Source: Oscillospiraceae bacterium
GTDB taxonomy: Bacteria; Bacillota; Clostridia; Oscillospirales; Oscillospiraceae
Length of the DNA: 64,000 bases
Direction of reading: 5' to 3'
Assembly: GCA_016286665.1 (NCBI GenBank)
Contig: JAEETX010000004.1
Coordinates: 2,718 to 66,717 of the forward strand
In this document: positions 18,523 through 28,261 of the stretch, piece by piece
Layout: each line of letters opens with the position of its first letter
How positions within the stretch are numbered: the first letter of the stretch is position 1
The notes under the pieces: generated by a model
The model's input: the letters and a program-made list of their open reading frames with translations, nothing else
Database searches by the model: none
Told to the model about the DNA's origin: nothing
Program-made: the position numbers and the translations under genes

Positions 18523-20280
18523 ATGCTGGAAAGCACCTGCTTCGTTGACCTTTTGAGTACCCCCTTCTCCCGCCGGGGCAGCTATCTCGCCTTTGCCAAC
18601 CGCAACGACGGCGACGCCCAATTCGGCAAAAACACCCTGTATCTCACCACCTGCAAGGGCGGCGGCAGCGGCATGAGCGGCCTGAATGCCCAGAATTCCT
18701 GCCGCCAGATGTCCATGGAGCTGCTCTGCAAGGGGCAGAAGCTGCCCACAGTCATCTCTACGACCCCATCGGAAGTCATCCTCCAGTCCCTGAAGGGCAG
18801 CGCCCGTTTCTGCATCGCGGAAAAGAGCCTGATCCTCGGACGGGGCACCGACGGCCTGAGCCTTCGGATCAGCACACAGAGGGGCGCTTTCGGCAGCACG
18901 CCGCTGGAGCTTCCCAACGGCACCTGGCGCTTCACCTTCTCCGACGACACCGGGCTGCTCATCGTTTTCCGCGGCGCAGTCCAAGCCATGCCCGGCGGCG
19001 GCTTCGTGATCAACCCCGATCAGGAGGGCGTCTTTGAATTCGGCATCGAGGAATACGCGGCGGACCCCTGCGGCCGTGCGCTGGATTCCTACCCGGCCTA
19101 TGACGAGGCCGTAGCGGCGGTGGAGAAGGAATTCGACGATTTCTGCACCAGCCTCTATCCCTCGCTGCCCGAGGAATTCGAGCCCATGCGCCGGCAGGCC
19201 CTCTGGACCACCTGGAGCCTGATGGTAGATCCGGACGGGGTCACGGCTTATCAGCACACCATGGTGAAGATGATGCGCATCATCTTCGAAAGCGCTTTCG
19301 GCTGGCAGCAGGCCATGCAGGCCATCTTCCTCAGCAAGGACACTCGCCTCGCCTGGGATATCCTGCGCTCCTGCTTCGATCATCAGGACGCCAACGGCCG
19401 CATCGAGGACGCGATCTCCCACAAGTCCGGCATGAGCAGCAGCATGAAGCCGCCCTTCCAGGGCGTCGCGCTGGACTGGCTCATGGAGCACTGTGACCTG
19501 AGCGCGATCCCGCTGGAGGAAAAACAGTTTGTCTATGACCGCATGGCGAAGTGGACGGAGTTTTTCTTCAAGTTCCGCGATATGGATGGGGACGGCGTAT
19601 GGGAGAACCAGGGCGCCATCGAGACCGGCTGGGAGGACGCGGCTTACTTTTATGTGGGCTTCCCCCTGGCTTCCCCGGATATGAACGCCTACACGGTCCG
19701 CATGATGGACGCGCTGGCAAAGCTGGGAAGGAGCATCGGCGTGCCGGAGGCGGAGTGCGCCGCCTGGACGAAGCGGGCCGACGAGCTGACGGAGAAGCTG
19801 ATCAAGATGCTCTGGAACGGGGACCGCTGGGTGGTGAAAAATATCCGCACCGGCGCCGTGGCCGATACCCTGAGCCTGCCCATCTCCGCAGCGCTGATCC
19901 TTGGCGACCGTCTGCCCAAGGAGATCATCGAGAAGACCGTGGATTTCATTTGGGCCAACGGTTTTATCACGCCCTTCGGCTTCGCCTCCGAAAGCCCGGA
20001 GAGTCCCTACTTTAACCACGGCTTCACCGCCGGCAGCGTGATCGTTCCCGCCCAGTTGATCATGTGCCTGTCTCTGGAAGCCGCCGGAAAGCCGGAGCTG
20101 GCAAAGGAAATGGGCCTGCGGTATGCCCGCACTCTGCGGGACAACGGCATGTTCCACATCCACAACGCCCTGGACGGGAAAGGGGAGCGCGGCCTGGTAG
20201 CCTTTGGCGAAAAGCAGCTCTTCTGGTCCTCCTGGGCTTCCTCCTGCTATCTCTTCCTGGCGGACCGCTACGGAAAGTAA
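18523..20280 (+). CDS. (alpha/alpha)6-barrel glycoside hydrolase, GH63/MGH1-like
   Basis: ATG at 18523 follows AGGAAAGGATGG. Motifs LWTTWS, GWQQAMQAIFL, DANGRIEDAI and ETGWEDAAYF resemble GH63/GH37-clan enzymes. Confidence 0.6.
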   Translation: MLESTCFVDLLSTPFSRRGSYLAFANRNDGDAQFGKNTLYLTTCKGGGSGMSGLNAQNSCRQMSMELLCKGQKLPTVISTTPSEVILQSLKGSARFCIAEKSLILGRGTDGLSLRISTQRGAFGSTPLELPNGTWRFTFSDDTGLLIVFRGAVQAMPGGGFVINPDQEGVFEFGIEEYAADPCGRALDSYPAYDEAVAAVEKEFDDFCTSLYPSLPEEFEPMRRQALWTTWSLMVDPDGVTAYQHTMVKMMRIIFESAFGWQQAMQAIFLSKDTRLAWDILRSCFDHQDANGRIEDAISHKSGMSSSMKPPFQGVALDWLMEHCDLSAIPLEEKQFVYDRMAKWTEFFFKFRDMDGDGVWENQGAIETGWEDAAYFYVGFPLASPDMNAYTVRMMDALAKLGRSIGVPEAECAAWTKRADELTEKLIKMLWNGDRWVVKNIRTGAVADTLSLPISAALILGDRLPKEIIEKTVDFIWANGFITPFGFASESPESPYFNHGFTAGSVIVPAQLIMCLSLEAAGKPELAKEMGLRYARTLRDNGMFHIHNALDGKGERGLVAFGEKQLFWSSWASSCYLFLADRYGK

Positions 20281-20290
20281 GAACCGACAC

Positions 20291-20322
20291 AAAACCCGCC
20301 CGGCAGCCGCCGGGCGGGTTTT
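20291..20322. terminator. Bidirectional rho-independent terminator
   Basis: 14-bp stem aaaacccgcccggc / gccgggcgggtttt, flanked by A/T runs on both sides. Confidence 0.9.
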
Positions 20323-20339
20323 ATCTTGGCGTTCAGCGT

Positions 20340-21698
20340 TTATTTCGCTTCTTCCTCGTCCTTCTCCTTGGAGAGCATCACGTTGGCGAGGATGCCCAGG
20401 ATCAGGGCGCAGGCCGTGGTACGGATGGTGACGTTGCCAAAGGAAATCATCATATTGCCGACGCCGGCAACGAGAATGATGGAAGCGACGAACAGGTTGC
20501 GGTTTTTGTTCAAGTCGACTTTCTGAAGCATCTTCAGACCGGAAACGGCAATGAAACCATAGAGCGCGAAGCAGACGCCACCCATGACGCAGTCGGGGAT
20601 CGTTTCCAGAAAAGCGACCAGCGGGGAGATAAGGGAGAATACGATGCAGGCCACAGCAGCGCCCCAGATGGAGACGGTGGAGGCGTTGCGGGTGATGGCG
20701 ACAGTGGCGATGGATTCGCCGTAGGTGGTGTTGGGGCAGCCGCCGAAGAAGGTGCCCACGATGGACCCGATGCCGTCGCCCAGGAGCGTGCGGGTGAGGC
20801 CGGGCTCCTCCAGAAGATCGACGCCCACGATGCTGGAGAGGTTCTTGTGGTCGGCCAGATGCTCCGCGAAGACCACGAAGCCTACAGGCACATATGCGGC
20901 AAATATGGTGAGAATGTAGGTCCCGTTGATCTGTGCCAACCCGCCCTTGCCCAGAGCGAAAGCAAAATCGGGGAGCTTGAAGACGCCGCAGCCATCAAAA
21001 GCGCTGTAGTTGATGACGATGAGGGCAGGATTGTTTGTCGCCTTGCCGATGAGGTAGAAGATGGTGGCGGCGATATAGCCCGCCAGAATGCCGATGATGA
21101 AGGGGATCAGCTTCAGGCTTCTCTTTCCGTAGGTGGCGGACAGCATGGTCACAGCCAGGGTGATCAAACCGCAGATCAGGCAAACATAAATGCTTCCTCC
21201 GGCGACGCTGCTGCTGGTAAGACCGCCCACGGCATTGCCGGACAGGCTGAGACCGATGGTTGCGACGACGGGCCCGATGATGACAGGGGGCATCAGCTTG
21301 TCGATCCATTTTACCCCGCAGAATTTAACGACGATGGCGATGATGACGTAGACGAGACCGGCCATCAGCGCGCCGATAATGATGCCCCAGTATCCCGCCT
21401 CGACGCTGAGACCGATGGCGGCGGCGCCGCTGAAAGCGGAGATGATGGAGCCGATGAAAGCGAAGGAACTGCCCAGGAACACAGGACTGCTGCTCCGGGT
21501 GCAGAGCAGGTAGATGATGCTGCCGCAGCCAGCGCCGAAGAGAGCGGCGGAGGCGGAAAGCACCGGCGACTGCAAGGCCTGATTCACGGAAGCGGGGACC
21601 GCGATGGTGGCGGCCATGATGGCCAGCAGCTGCTGGAGCGCGAAGAGCACGACCTGCCCGAATTTCGGTTTGTCCTTGATACTGTAGATCAGTTTCAT
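20340..21698 (-). CDS. NCS2-family nucleobase (uracil/xanthine) permease
   Basis: Start MKLIYSIKDKPKFGQVVLFALQQLLAIMAATIAVP follows GGAGGG. About 12 TM segments and a GESIATVAITR-type motif. Confidence 0.88.
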   Translation of the reverse strand: MKLIYSIKDKPKFGQVVLFALQQLLAIMAATIAVPASVNQALQSPVLSASAALFGAGCGSIIYLLCTRSSSPVFLGSSFAFIGSIISAFSGAAAIGLSVEAGYWGIIIGALMAGLVYVIIAIVVKFCGVKWIDKLMPPVIIGPVVATIGLSLSGNAVGGLTSSSVAGGSIYVCLICGLITLAVTMLSATYGKRSLKLIPFIIGILAGYIAATIFYLIGKATNNPALIVINYSAFDGCGVFKLPDFAFALGKGGLAQINGTYILTIFAAYVPVGFVVFAEHLADHKNLSSIVGVDLLEEPGLTRTLLGDGIGSIVGTFFGGCPNTTYGESIATVAITRNASTVSIWGAAVACIVFSLISPLVAFLETIPDCVMGGVCFALYGFIAVSGLKMLQKVDLNKNRNLFVASIILVAGVGNMMISFGNVTIRTTACALILGILANVMLSKEKDEEEAK

Positions 21699-21730
21699 AT
21701 GTCCCTCCATAGTATTCCAGCCCTGCGGAC

Positions 21731-21766
21731 AAAGAAAAATACCCTGCCGCCTGTTCGCCGGCAAGG
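21731..21766 (-). promoter_or_regulatory. Terminator-like hairpin inside the permease 5' leader (candidate attenuator or riboswitch expression platform)
   Basis: Minus-strand RNA ccuugccg-gcgaacag-cggcaggg followed by uauuuuucuuu, ending about 30 nt upstream of the start codon. Confidence 0.5.
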
Positions 21767-21953
21767 TAACCACACGCGCTCTTCAGCGCCCCTGTGCGAT
21801 TGTGCGATATCTTGTCGGCTTCACGAGCCGTCTTAAAGTTATCGTCCGTATGTTAGCATACAAGATGTAGTATGTCAACCGATTTTCCGACAAGAAGTAG
21901 CAAATCTTCGGTTATTCGAACACAAATCTTCGGCGTTTCAAACGCCGGAAAAG

Positions 21954-21982
21954 TTGACTTTTTCCGGCAACGGTGGTAAAAA
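21954..21982 (+). promoter_or_regulatory. Sigma-70-type promoter of metG (TTGACT-17-TAAAAA with TGn extension)
   Basis: -35 at 21954-21959; TGg then TAAAAA at 21977-21982. Confidence 0.5.
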
Positions 21983-22013
21983 TATATGTCACATTCTATT
22001 AGGAGGCAAAATC

Positions 22014-23966
22014 ATGAGCAAAGGGACATTTTACATCACGACCCCCATCTACTATCCGTCCGCCAATCTCCACATCGGGCACACCTACTGCACCGTGGCA
22101 ACCGATGTCATGGCGCGGTATAAGCGAATGCGGGGTTTTGACGTGATGTTCCTCACTGGCACGGACGAGCACGGCCTGAAGATCGAGGAAAAGGCCAGGG
22201 AGGCCGGCGTCACGCCGCAGCAGTTCGTGGACCGCGTGGTCGCGGGCATCAAGGACCTGTGGAAGCTGATGAACATCTCCTATGACCGCTTTATCCGCAC
22301 CACCGACGATTATCACGTCACCTCCATCCAGCGCATTTTCAAAATGATGTATGACAAGGGGGATATCTACAAGGGCGCTTACCGCGGCCTCTACTGCACC
22401 CCCTGCGAGAGCTTCTGGACCGAGAGCCAGTTGGTGGACGGCAAGTGCCCCGACTGCGGCAGGGAAGTGAAATACGCCGAGGAGGAAGCCTATTTCTTCC
22501 GGGCCAGCAAGTATGCCGACCGCGTGCGGGAGCTGCTCAAGACCACGGACATCCTGGAGCCCGCCAGCCGGGTCAATGAAATGATCAATAATTTCCTGGA
22601 CTGCGAGGGCGGCCTGCAGGACCTCTGCGTCAGCCGCACCACCTTCAAGTGGGGCGTTCCCGTGGACTTCGATCCGGGCCACGTGGTCTATGTCTGGCTG
22701 GACGCGCTCTTTAACTATATGACCGCTCTGGGCTACTGCAACGACGCCCACCACGATCTGGAAAAATACTGGCCGGCCGACGTGCATTTCGTGGGCAAGG
22801 AGATCGTCCGTTTCCATTCCATCTACTGGCCCGCTTTCCTTATGAGCCTGGACCTGCCCCTTCCGAAAAAGGTCTACGGCCACGGCTGGCTGCTGCTGGA
22901 CGGGGGCAAGATGTCCAAGAGCTTCGGCAACGTGGTGGACCCGGTGCTGCTGGCAAACCGCTATGGGGTGGACGCCCTGCGCTATTTCCTGCTGCGGGAA
23001 TTCCCCTTCGGCAGCGACGGAAACTTCTCCAATGAAGCTCTGATCGCCCGCATCAACGCGGACCTGGCGAATGACCTGGGCAACCTGATCTCCCGCAGCG
23101 CCGCCATGATGGAAAAGTATTTCGACGGCGTCATTCCCGAAAAACGCGCCTCCGGCCCGGAGGATGAAGAACTCCTGGCGATGGTGAAGGCGCTGCCCGG
23201 GCGCTTTGAGGAGCAGATGGAGAAGTATGCTTTCCAGCAGGCTTTGCAGGAGGTTTTCAAGGTTCTCTCCCGCGCCAACAAGTACATCGACGAGACGGCG
23301 CCCTGGGTGCTTGCCAAGGACCCGGAAAAGGCGGAGCGCCTCGGCGGCGTGCTGTATAACCTGGCGGAGGCGGAGCGCGTCTGCGTGACCCTGCTGAAGC
23401 CCTTTATTCCCGACAGCGCAGAGAAGTTCCGGGTGATGCTGGGCGTCCCGGAGGATCGCTTCGGCTGGGACGACGCCCTGTGCTGGGGCGTGCTGACGCC
23501 CGGCACAAAGGTGAGCAAGGGCGAGAACGTCTTCCCCCGCATCGATATGCAGAAGGAACTGGCTGCGCTGGAGGCCATCCATCAGACCGCGAAGAAGGAA
23601 GCATCCCCCGCGGAAGAAAAAAAGCCGGAGGAGCCCGCTGCGGGCCTTGTTTCCATTTCCGAATTCCAAAAGCTGGATCTGCGGGTGGCAAAGGTCCTCA
23701 GCTGCGAGCCGGTGAAGAAATCCGATAAGCTCCTCTGCCTGCAGCTGCAGGTGGGCCAGGAGCAGCGGCAGGTGGTGTCCGGCATCCATGCCTGGTATCA
23801 GCCGGAGGATCTGATCGGTAAAAAGGTGCTGCTTGTTTATAACCTGACCCCGGCGAAGCTGCGGGGCGTGGAATCCTGCGGCATGATCCTCGCCGCCACG
23901 GTGGGGGATCGTGCCCAGGTGATCTTCGCGGACGACGCCATCCCCGACGGCAGCCGCCTTTCCTGA
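22014..23966 (+). CDS. metG: Methionine--tRNA ligase with a C-terminal tRNA-binding (EMAP/Trbp111-like) domain
   Basis: ATG follows TAGGAGG. Class I motifs HIGH (ANLHIGH) and KMSKS (GKMSKSFGN), and a zinc knuckle CPDCG. Confidence 0.97.
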   Translation: MSKGTFYITTPIYYPSANLHIGHTYCTVATDVMARYKRMRGFDVMFLTGTDEHGLKIEEKAREAGVTPQQFVDRVVAGIKDLWKLMNISYDRFIRTTDDYHVTSIQRIFKMMYDKGDIYKGAYRGLYCTPCESFWTESQLVDGKCPDCGREVKYAEEEAYFFRASKYADRVRELLKTTDILEPASRVNEMINNFLDCEGGLQDLCVSRTTFKWGVPVDFDPGHVVYVWLDALFNYMTALGYCNDAHHDLEKYWPADVHFVGKEIVRFHSIYWPAFLMSLDLPLPKKVYGHGWLLLDGGKMSKSFGNVVDPVLLANRYGVDALRYFLLREFPFGSDGNFSNEALIARINADLANDLGNLISRSAAMMEKYFDGVIPEKRASGPEDEELLAMVKALPGRFEEQMEKYAFQQALQEVFKVLSRANKYIDETAPWVLAKDPEKAERLGGVLYNLAEAERVCVTLLKPFIPDSAEKFRVMLGVPEDRFGWDDALCWGVLTPGTKVSKGENVFPRIDMQKELAALEAIHQTAKKEASPAEEKKPEEPAAGLVSISEFQKLDLRVAKVLSCEPVKKSDKLLCLQLQVGQEQRQVVSGIHAWYQPEDLIGKKVLLVYNLTPAKLRGVESCGMILAATVGDRAQVIFADDAIPDGSRLS

Positions 23967-24005
23967 GCTTCCGGGGTAAAATCAAAACGATGATCATTGG
24001 ATTTG

Positions 24006-24040
24006 CCGCCCACGGCCTGAAGCTGCGGGCGGTTTATTCT
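24006..24040 (+). terminator. Probable terminator of metG
   Basis: Imperfect stem ccgccc...gggcgg followed by tttattctt. A second perfect 11-bp hairpin lies at 24063-24088. Confidence 0.55.
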
Positions 24041-24102
24041 TGCGTTTTCAAGGAAACACCATGAGGGCCTGCCGGATGGCAGGCCCTCACAACGTCTTCG
24101 CG

Positions 24103-24477
24103 TCACACTTCCGCGATGGCTTCGATCTCAAACGCGCCGCCCTTGGGCAGGGCGCTCACCTGTACACAGCTGCGGGCAGGGAAGGGGGAAGTAAAATACC
24201 GGGCGTAGATTTCGTTCACGGCGGCGAACGCGCCTATATCCGTCAAAAACACCGTGGTCTTGACGACGCTGCCCGTATCCGTTCCCGCTTCCTTCAACAC
24301 GGCGCTGAGGTTCTTCAGCGCCTGCTCCGCCTGCTCCGTGACGGTCGTTTTCAGGTTTCCGTCCGCCGGATCGATGCCCAGCATGCCGGACACATAGACC
24401 ATGCCTCCCGCGCGGATCGCCTGGGAATAGGGACCGATGGCGGCAGGGGCTTCCTTGGATTCAATCGCTTTTTTCAT
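24103..24477 (-). CDS. ridA: RidA family (YjgF/L-PSP) reactive intermediate deaminase
   Basis: 124 aa with [12 protein letters not shown]...VYVSG...KTTVFL...[22 protein letters not shown]. Confidence 0.92.
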   Translation of the reverse strand: MKKAIESKEAPAAIGPYSQAIRAGGMVYVSGMLGIDPADGNLKTTVTEQAEQALKNLSAVLKEAGTDTGSVVKTTVFLTDIGAFAAVNEIYARYFTSPFPARSCVQVSALPKGGAFEIEAIAEV

Positions 24478-25576
24478 ATGGATTCTCCTTTATTTCCGTT
24501 TCATTCATAAACTGCCGAAAAGCCGTCGGCAGGGAATAGCGCTCCTTGATCTCCTCCGAAGAAGCCCAGATAAAGCCGTCCGCCGGGTTTTGACATTCGA
24601 TCACCCATGCGGGAAGCTCCCAGAGGATATGGGTGAAAATATGCCGCTTTTCCGTGTGCCGGAGAAGCCGGATCGGGCGGCAGTTCCACGCCGCAGCGGC
24701 GTCAAGGGCGGCTTGCGCCTCCAGGTCGCCGGGCAGATTCGGGAATTCCCACAAGCCGGCCAGCAAGCCCTTCTTCGGGCGCTTCCGCAAAGCCCATGCG
24801 CCGCCGCAGCAGAGCAGAAACACGGTATGCCGCTCGACCCGGCGCTCCTTCAGCTCGCTTTTGAAGGGGATTTCTCTCCACAGTCCGGCGGAAGAAGAAC
24901 ACAGCTTTTGCAGAGGGCAAACGCCGCAGTCCGGCGCGCGGTTCGGCTGACACACCAGCGCGCCAAGCTCCATCAGCGCCTGGTTGAGCGCACCGCTGCT
25001 GACGCCGTCGAACAGCGGCGCCAGCGCCTGCCGGACCTCCGCCTTCGTGCGCTCCCTGCGGATATCCCCGCGGAAAGCCCTCAGTCTGGTCACGACACGC
25101 AGAACATTCCCGTCCACGACAGGGCAGGGGAGATCAAAGCAAATGGAAGCAATGGCCGCCGCCGTATAGTCGCCGATGCCGGGCAGCGCCCGGATCGCAG
25201 CGAAATCCGAAGGGAAGACCCCGCCGTATTCCCGGCAGATGATTTCCGCGCTGCGCTTCAGATTGCGGGCGCGGGAATAATAGCCCAGCCCTTCCCAGAG
25301 CTTCGAGAGCTGTTCCTCCGGGCAGACGGCCAGATCCTCGATCGTGGGCAAAGCAGTCAGGAAGCGGTGATAATACCCCTTGACGGCCTCCACGCGGGTC
25401 TGCTGACACATGACTTCGCTGAGCCAGACATGATAGGGCTCCCGGTCCGCACGCCAGGGAAGGGAGCGCTTGTTTTTTTCATACCAGGGCAGCAAAAGCC
25501 CGGCGATTTCCCGATCCAGCTCCACATCCACCCGACCTTTCGCCCTAACTCTACCATCCGGAAAGAAGAAACGCAA
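24461..25576 (-). CDS. mutY: A/G-specific adenine DNA glycosylase MutY
   Basis: HhH-GPD motif ([15 protein letters not shown]), 4Fe-4S cluster cysteines ([13 protein letters not shown]) and a NUDIX-like C-domain. The track start is TTG; GTG codons 16 or 18 are plausible alternatives. Confidence 0.9.
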   Translation of the reverse strand: MRFFFPDGRVRAKGRVDVELDREIAGLLLPWYEKNKRSLPWRADREPYHVWLSEVMCQQTRVEAVKGYYHRFLTALPTIEDLAVCPEEQLSKLWEGLGYYSRARNLKRSAEIICREYGGVFPSDFAAIRALPGIGDYTAAAIASICFDLPCPVVDGNVLRVVTRLRAFRGDIRRERTKAEVRQALAPLFDGVSSGALNQALMELGALVCQPNRAPDCGVCPLQKLCSSSAGLWREIPFKSELKERRVERHTVFLLCCGGAWALRKRPKKGLLAGLWEFPNLPGDLEAQAALDAAAAWNCRPIRLLRHTEKRHIFTHILWELPAWVIECQNPADGFIWASSEEIKERYSLPTAFRQFMNETEIKENPYEKSD

Positions 25577-25671
25577 GGGTTATTCGGTGAAAGTGCCCGG
25601 AACGCTTGACAGAAAGCGCAGAACAGTTGTAGAATATAAACATCAAATGAATCACTTTTGGAGGTATCAAC

Positions 25672-26673
25672 ATGTTCATCGATCTGAAAGGTAAAACCGC
25701 ATTCATCACCGGCGGCGCCAGCGGCATGGGCCTGGGCATCGCCAAGGCCTGCGCCCGCGAGGGCATGAATGTTGCCATCGCCGACTTCCGGCAGAGCGCC
25801 ATCGACGAAGCGCTTCCCTGGTTCGAGAGCCATGGCTTCCCCGCCATGGGCGTCAATCTGGACGTCACCGATCGGGAAGGCTATGTCAAGGCTGCCGACG
25901 CTGTGGAAGCCAAGTTCGGCAATATCCATGTCCTGGTGAACAATGCCGGCATCGGCAATGCCGAGCCCCGTCTCACCACCGGCGAATTCGACTGGAAGAC
26001 CATCGACCTCTGCATCGACGTCAACTATCGCGGCATCCTGAACGGCATCGGCACCATCCTGCCCCGTATCACCAAGCACGGTGAGGGTGGCTATGTGGTC
26101 TCCACCGCCTCCATGTCCGGCATCTTCCCGGTCAAGGGCTTCCCGATGTACGACTCCCTGAAGATGGGCGTCATCACTCTGATGGAAGAACTGGCCATGG
26201 AACTGGAAGGCACCAACGTCGGCTCCGCCGCGTTCTGCCCCGGCCCCTATTCCACCAACCTGGGCGTCAGCTCTCAGGAAGTCATCAAGAAGCACCTGGG
26301 CGAGGATGCCGTGCCCAAGATGCCCGCTCGCCGCGAGCCCCCGAAGGACAAGGACGGCAAGCCGCTGCCCATGCCCAAGTTCGAGCCCCCGAAGGACGAG
26401 AACGGCAATCCCATCGACTTCAGCAAGCTCTCCCGCGATCCTGACGACGCCGGCGAGCGCGTGGTCCGCGGCATCAAGCGCGGCGACAAGTTCATCTTTA
26501 CCCATGTGGACTTCAAGCCCGGCTGGGAGCTGCGCATGAACGCCATCCTCCGCGCATTCCCCGACGAGAAGCCTACCCCCGGCTTCGCCACCGTCTTCCG
26601 CGGCAACGTCTATAATCCCATTTACGAGCAGCAGGAGCAGGTTCCCGCTTTTGAGTTCGTGAAGAAGGACTAA
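25672..26673 (+). CDS. SDR-family oxidoreductase, paralog of 8837-9817
   Basis: Motifs TAFITGGASGMGLG, NNAG and YDSLK, with the same extended C-terminus as the other copy. Confidence 0.85.
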   Translation: MFIDLKGKTAFITGGASGMGLGIAKACAREGMNVAIADFRQSAIDEALPWFESHGFPAMGVNLDVTDREGYVKAADAVEAKFGNIHVLVNNAGIGNAEPRLTTGEFDWKTIDLCIDVNYRGILNGIGTILPRITKHGEGGYVVSTASMSGIFPVKGFPMYDSLKMGVITLMEELAMELEGTNVGSAAFCPGPYSTNLGVSSQEVIKKHLGEDAVPKMPARREPPKDKDGKPLPMPKFEPPKDENGNPIDFSKLSRDPDDAGERVVRGIKRGDKFIFTHVDFKPGWELRMNAILRAFPDEKPTPGFATVFRGNVYNPIYEQQEQVPAFEFVKKD

Positions 26674-26704
26674 GCCTGACCCGGGAAAAACAAAACAGCG
26701 AAAC

Positions 26705-26735
26705 AAGGCCGCCGGATAACATATCCGGCGGCCTT
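26705..26735. terminator. Bidirectional hairpin terminator
   Basis: 14-bp stem aaggccgccggata / tatccggcggcctt. Confidence 0.8.
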
Positions 26736-26740
26736 TCATA

Positions 26741-27598
26741 CTATAAAATTGTTTTAATATAACTAGATAGCGTTAAATAATCACGCAGACTAAGCCTTTC
26801 ACCGCGGACAAGAGGATCAAATCCGCAAGCGGCGACAGCCGCCTGAAGCTCTTCTTTGGTAAGCTTGCCCGCGAACAGGGAAGAGAGGCTGTTGACCAGC
26901 GTTTTCCTTCGCTGGGAAAAGGCAGCACGCGTGATGGAAAACAGAAAATCACGGTCTTCCGGGCTGATATCCCGCGTCTTTCTATGCAGGGTGATCACGG
27001 TCGAAGTGACCTTGGGCCTGGGATAAAAGCAATCCGGAGGAACGTCGAAACAAATGGCAGGCGAAGCATAGAATTCCGTGAAAACGGTGAAAGCTCCGTA
27101 TTCCGGTGTGCCGGGTTTGGCGCAGATCCGCTGCGCGACTTCTTTTTGTATCATCACGGTGATCTGCGCAAAGCGCTCGGATTCCATGAGCAAGCGAAGC
27201 ACCGGCGTCGTGATATTATAGGGGAGATTGGCGCAAACCTTGAGCGGCAGGCCGGGAAGCTGGTCGGAGAGCAGCTGCATCAGGTCGAGTTTCATGATAT
27301 CGCCGCTTACGATCTCCGCATTGGAAAAAACCGCCAGTGTTTCTTGCAATACCGGTATCAGCCTGTGATCCAGTTCCACAGCCACGATTTTACCGGCGGC
27401 AGAGCAAAGCTCCTGCGTAAGGACGCCGATACCGGGACCGATCTCCAGAACGCCGTCGTCACAGGTGATGCCGGCGACCTCCAGGATTCTTCGCGGGACC
27501 CAATCCCGTATGAGAAAGTTTTGTCCCATGGATTTTGAGAAATGAAAACCGTGTTTTTCCAGCAACGGTCGGATCACGGTCAAATCATGAAGCTCCAA
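26741..27598 (-). CDS. rsmA: 16S rRNA (adenine1518/1519-N6)-dimethyltransferase
   Basis: TTG start 8 nt after GGAGG. Motifs SMGQNFL, LEIGPGIGVLT and NLPYNITTP. Confidence 0.93.
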   Translation of the reverse strand: MELHDLTVIRPLLEKHGFHFSKSMGQNFLIRDWVPRRILEVAGITCDDGVLEIGPGIGVLTQELCSAAGKIVAVELDHRLIPVLQETLAVFSNAEIVSGDIMKLDLMQLLSDQLPGLPLKVCANLPYNITTPVLRLLMESERFAQITVMIQKEVAQRICAKPGTPEYGAFTVFTEFYASPAICFDVPPDCFYPRPKVTSTVITLHRKTRDISPEDRDFLFSITRAAFSQRRKTLVNSLSSLFAGKLTKEELQAAVAACGFDPLVRGERLSLRDYLTLSSYIKTIL

Positions 27599-27803
27599 TT
27601 GGAATTCCTCCGATAAACAGTAACCGAAAGGGGACGACAGCAGCTTCTGACAGCAGTTACTTTAACATAAACAATACTTTCAACAAAATAAAAATTTTGC
27701 GTCAAGTAGGGGGCTTTTCGCAGAGGACTGTGCCGATAAGGGCCGCATTTTTACACTTGCGTAAGGTGCGGCTGTGAAATACCGTAAACGCGGTCTTTCG
27801 GAT

Positions 27804-28232
27804 TCAGCGGACGCCCGTGCTCCCGAAACCGCCGCGATCCGTTTCCTCCAAGGCATCGACTTCCTGAAAGCTGACCTGCGGCATTCGTTTCATGATGCGA
27901 AACTGGCAGATACGATCGTTCACTTCGATCACCGCATCGCGCGTCGCATAAACCGGCAGCTTCCAGATATCGTTGGTCCCGGCGTAGCTGTTGTCCACGA
28001 CGCCGACGCTGTTGGTCTGCAGAAAGCCCCATTTTGCAAAGCTGGAGCTGCGCGGCGCGATATGCGCTTCGTAGCCCTCCGGCAGTTTCATGGAGACGCC
28101 GAGAGAAATCAGTCGGAAGTCGCCAGCTTTCAGTTCCACATGCTCGGCGGAGCGCAAATCGATCCAATCACCGATTTGGAGGCTTCGCACCCTTTCCAGC
28201 TCGGGAAGATGGTATTTGATCAATATTTCCAT
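27804..28232 (-). CDS. dut: dUTP diphosphatase (trimeric dUTPase)
   Basis: Internal ATG at 28232 (MEILIKY...). Motifs IAPRSS, GVVDNSY and a C-terminal RGGFGSTG. The longer track ORF would overlap radA. Confidence 0.85.
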   Translation of the reverse strand: MEILIKYHLPELERVRSLQIGDWIDLRSAEHVELKAGDFRLISLGVSMKLPEGYEAHIAPRSSSFAKWGFLQTNSVGVVDNSYAGTNDIWKLPVYATRDAVIEVNDRICQFRIMKRMPQVSFQEVDALEETDRGGFGSTGVR

Positions 28233-28261
28233 AGGACCGTCTCTTTCATCAAGTACCTGAA

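Noticed and set aside
21699-21870. A purine (guanine/xanthine) riboswitch or PyrR attenuator upstream of the nucleobase permease.
   Set aside because: I could not find the conserved purine-riboswitch junction sequences or the UCCAGAGAGG PyrR box by eye. The region is reported instead as an unclassified structured leader that needs an Infernal scan.
21870-22013. A T-box leader upstream of metG.
   Set aside because: The putative promoter at 21954-21982 leaves only about a 30-nt leader. There is no specifier hairpin, T-box sequence or leader terminator.
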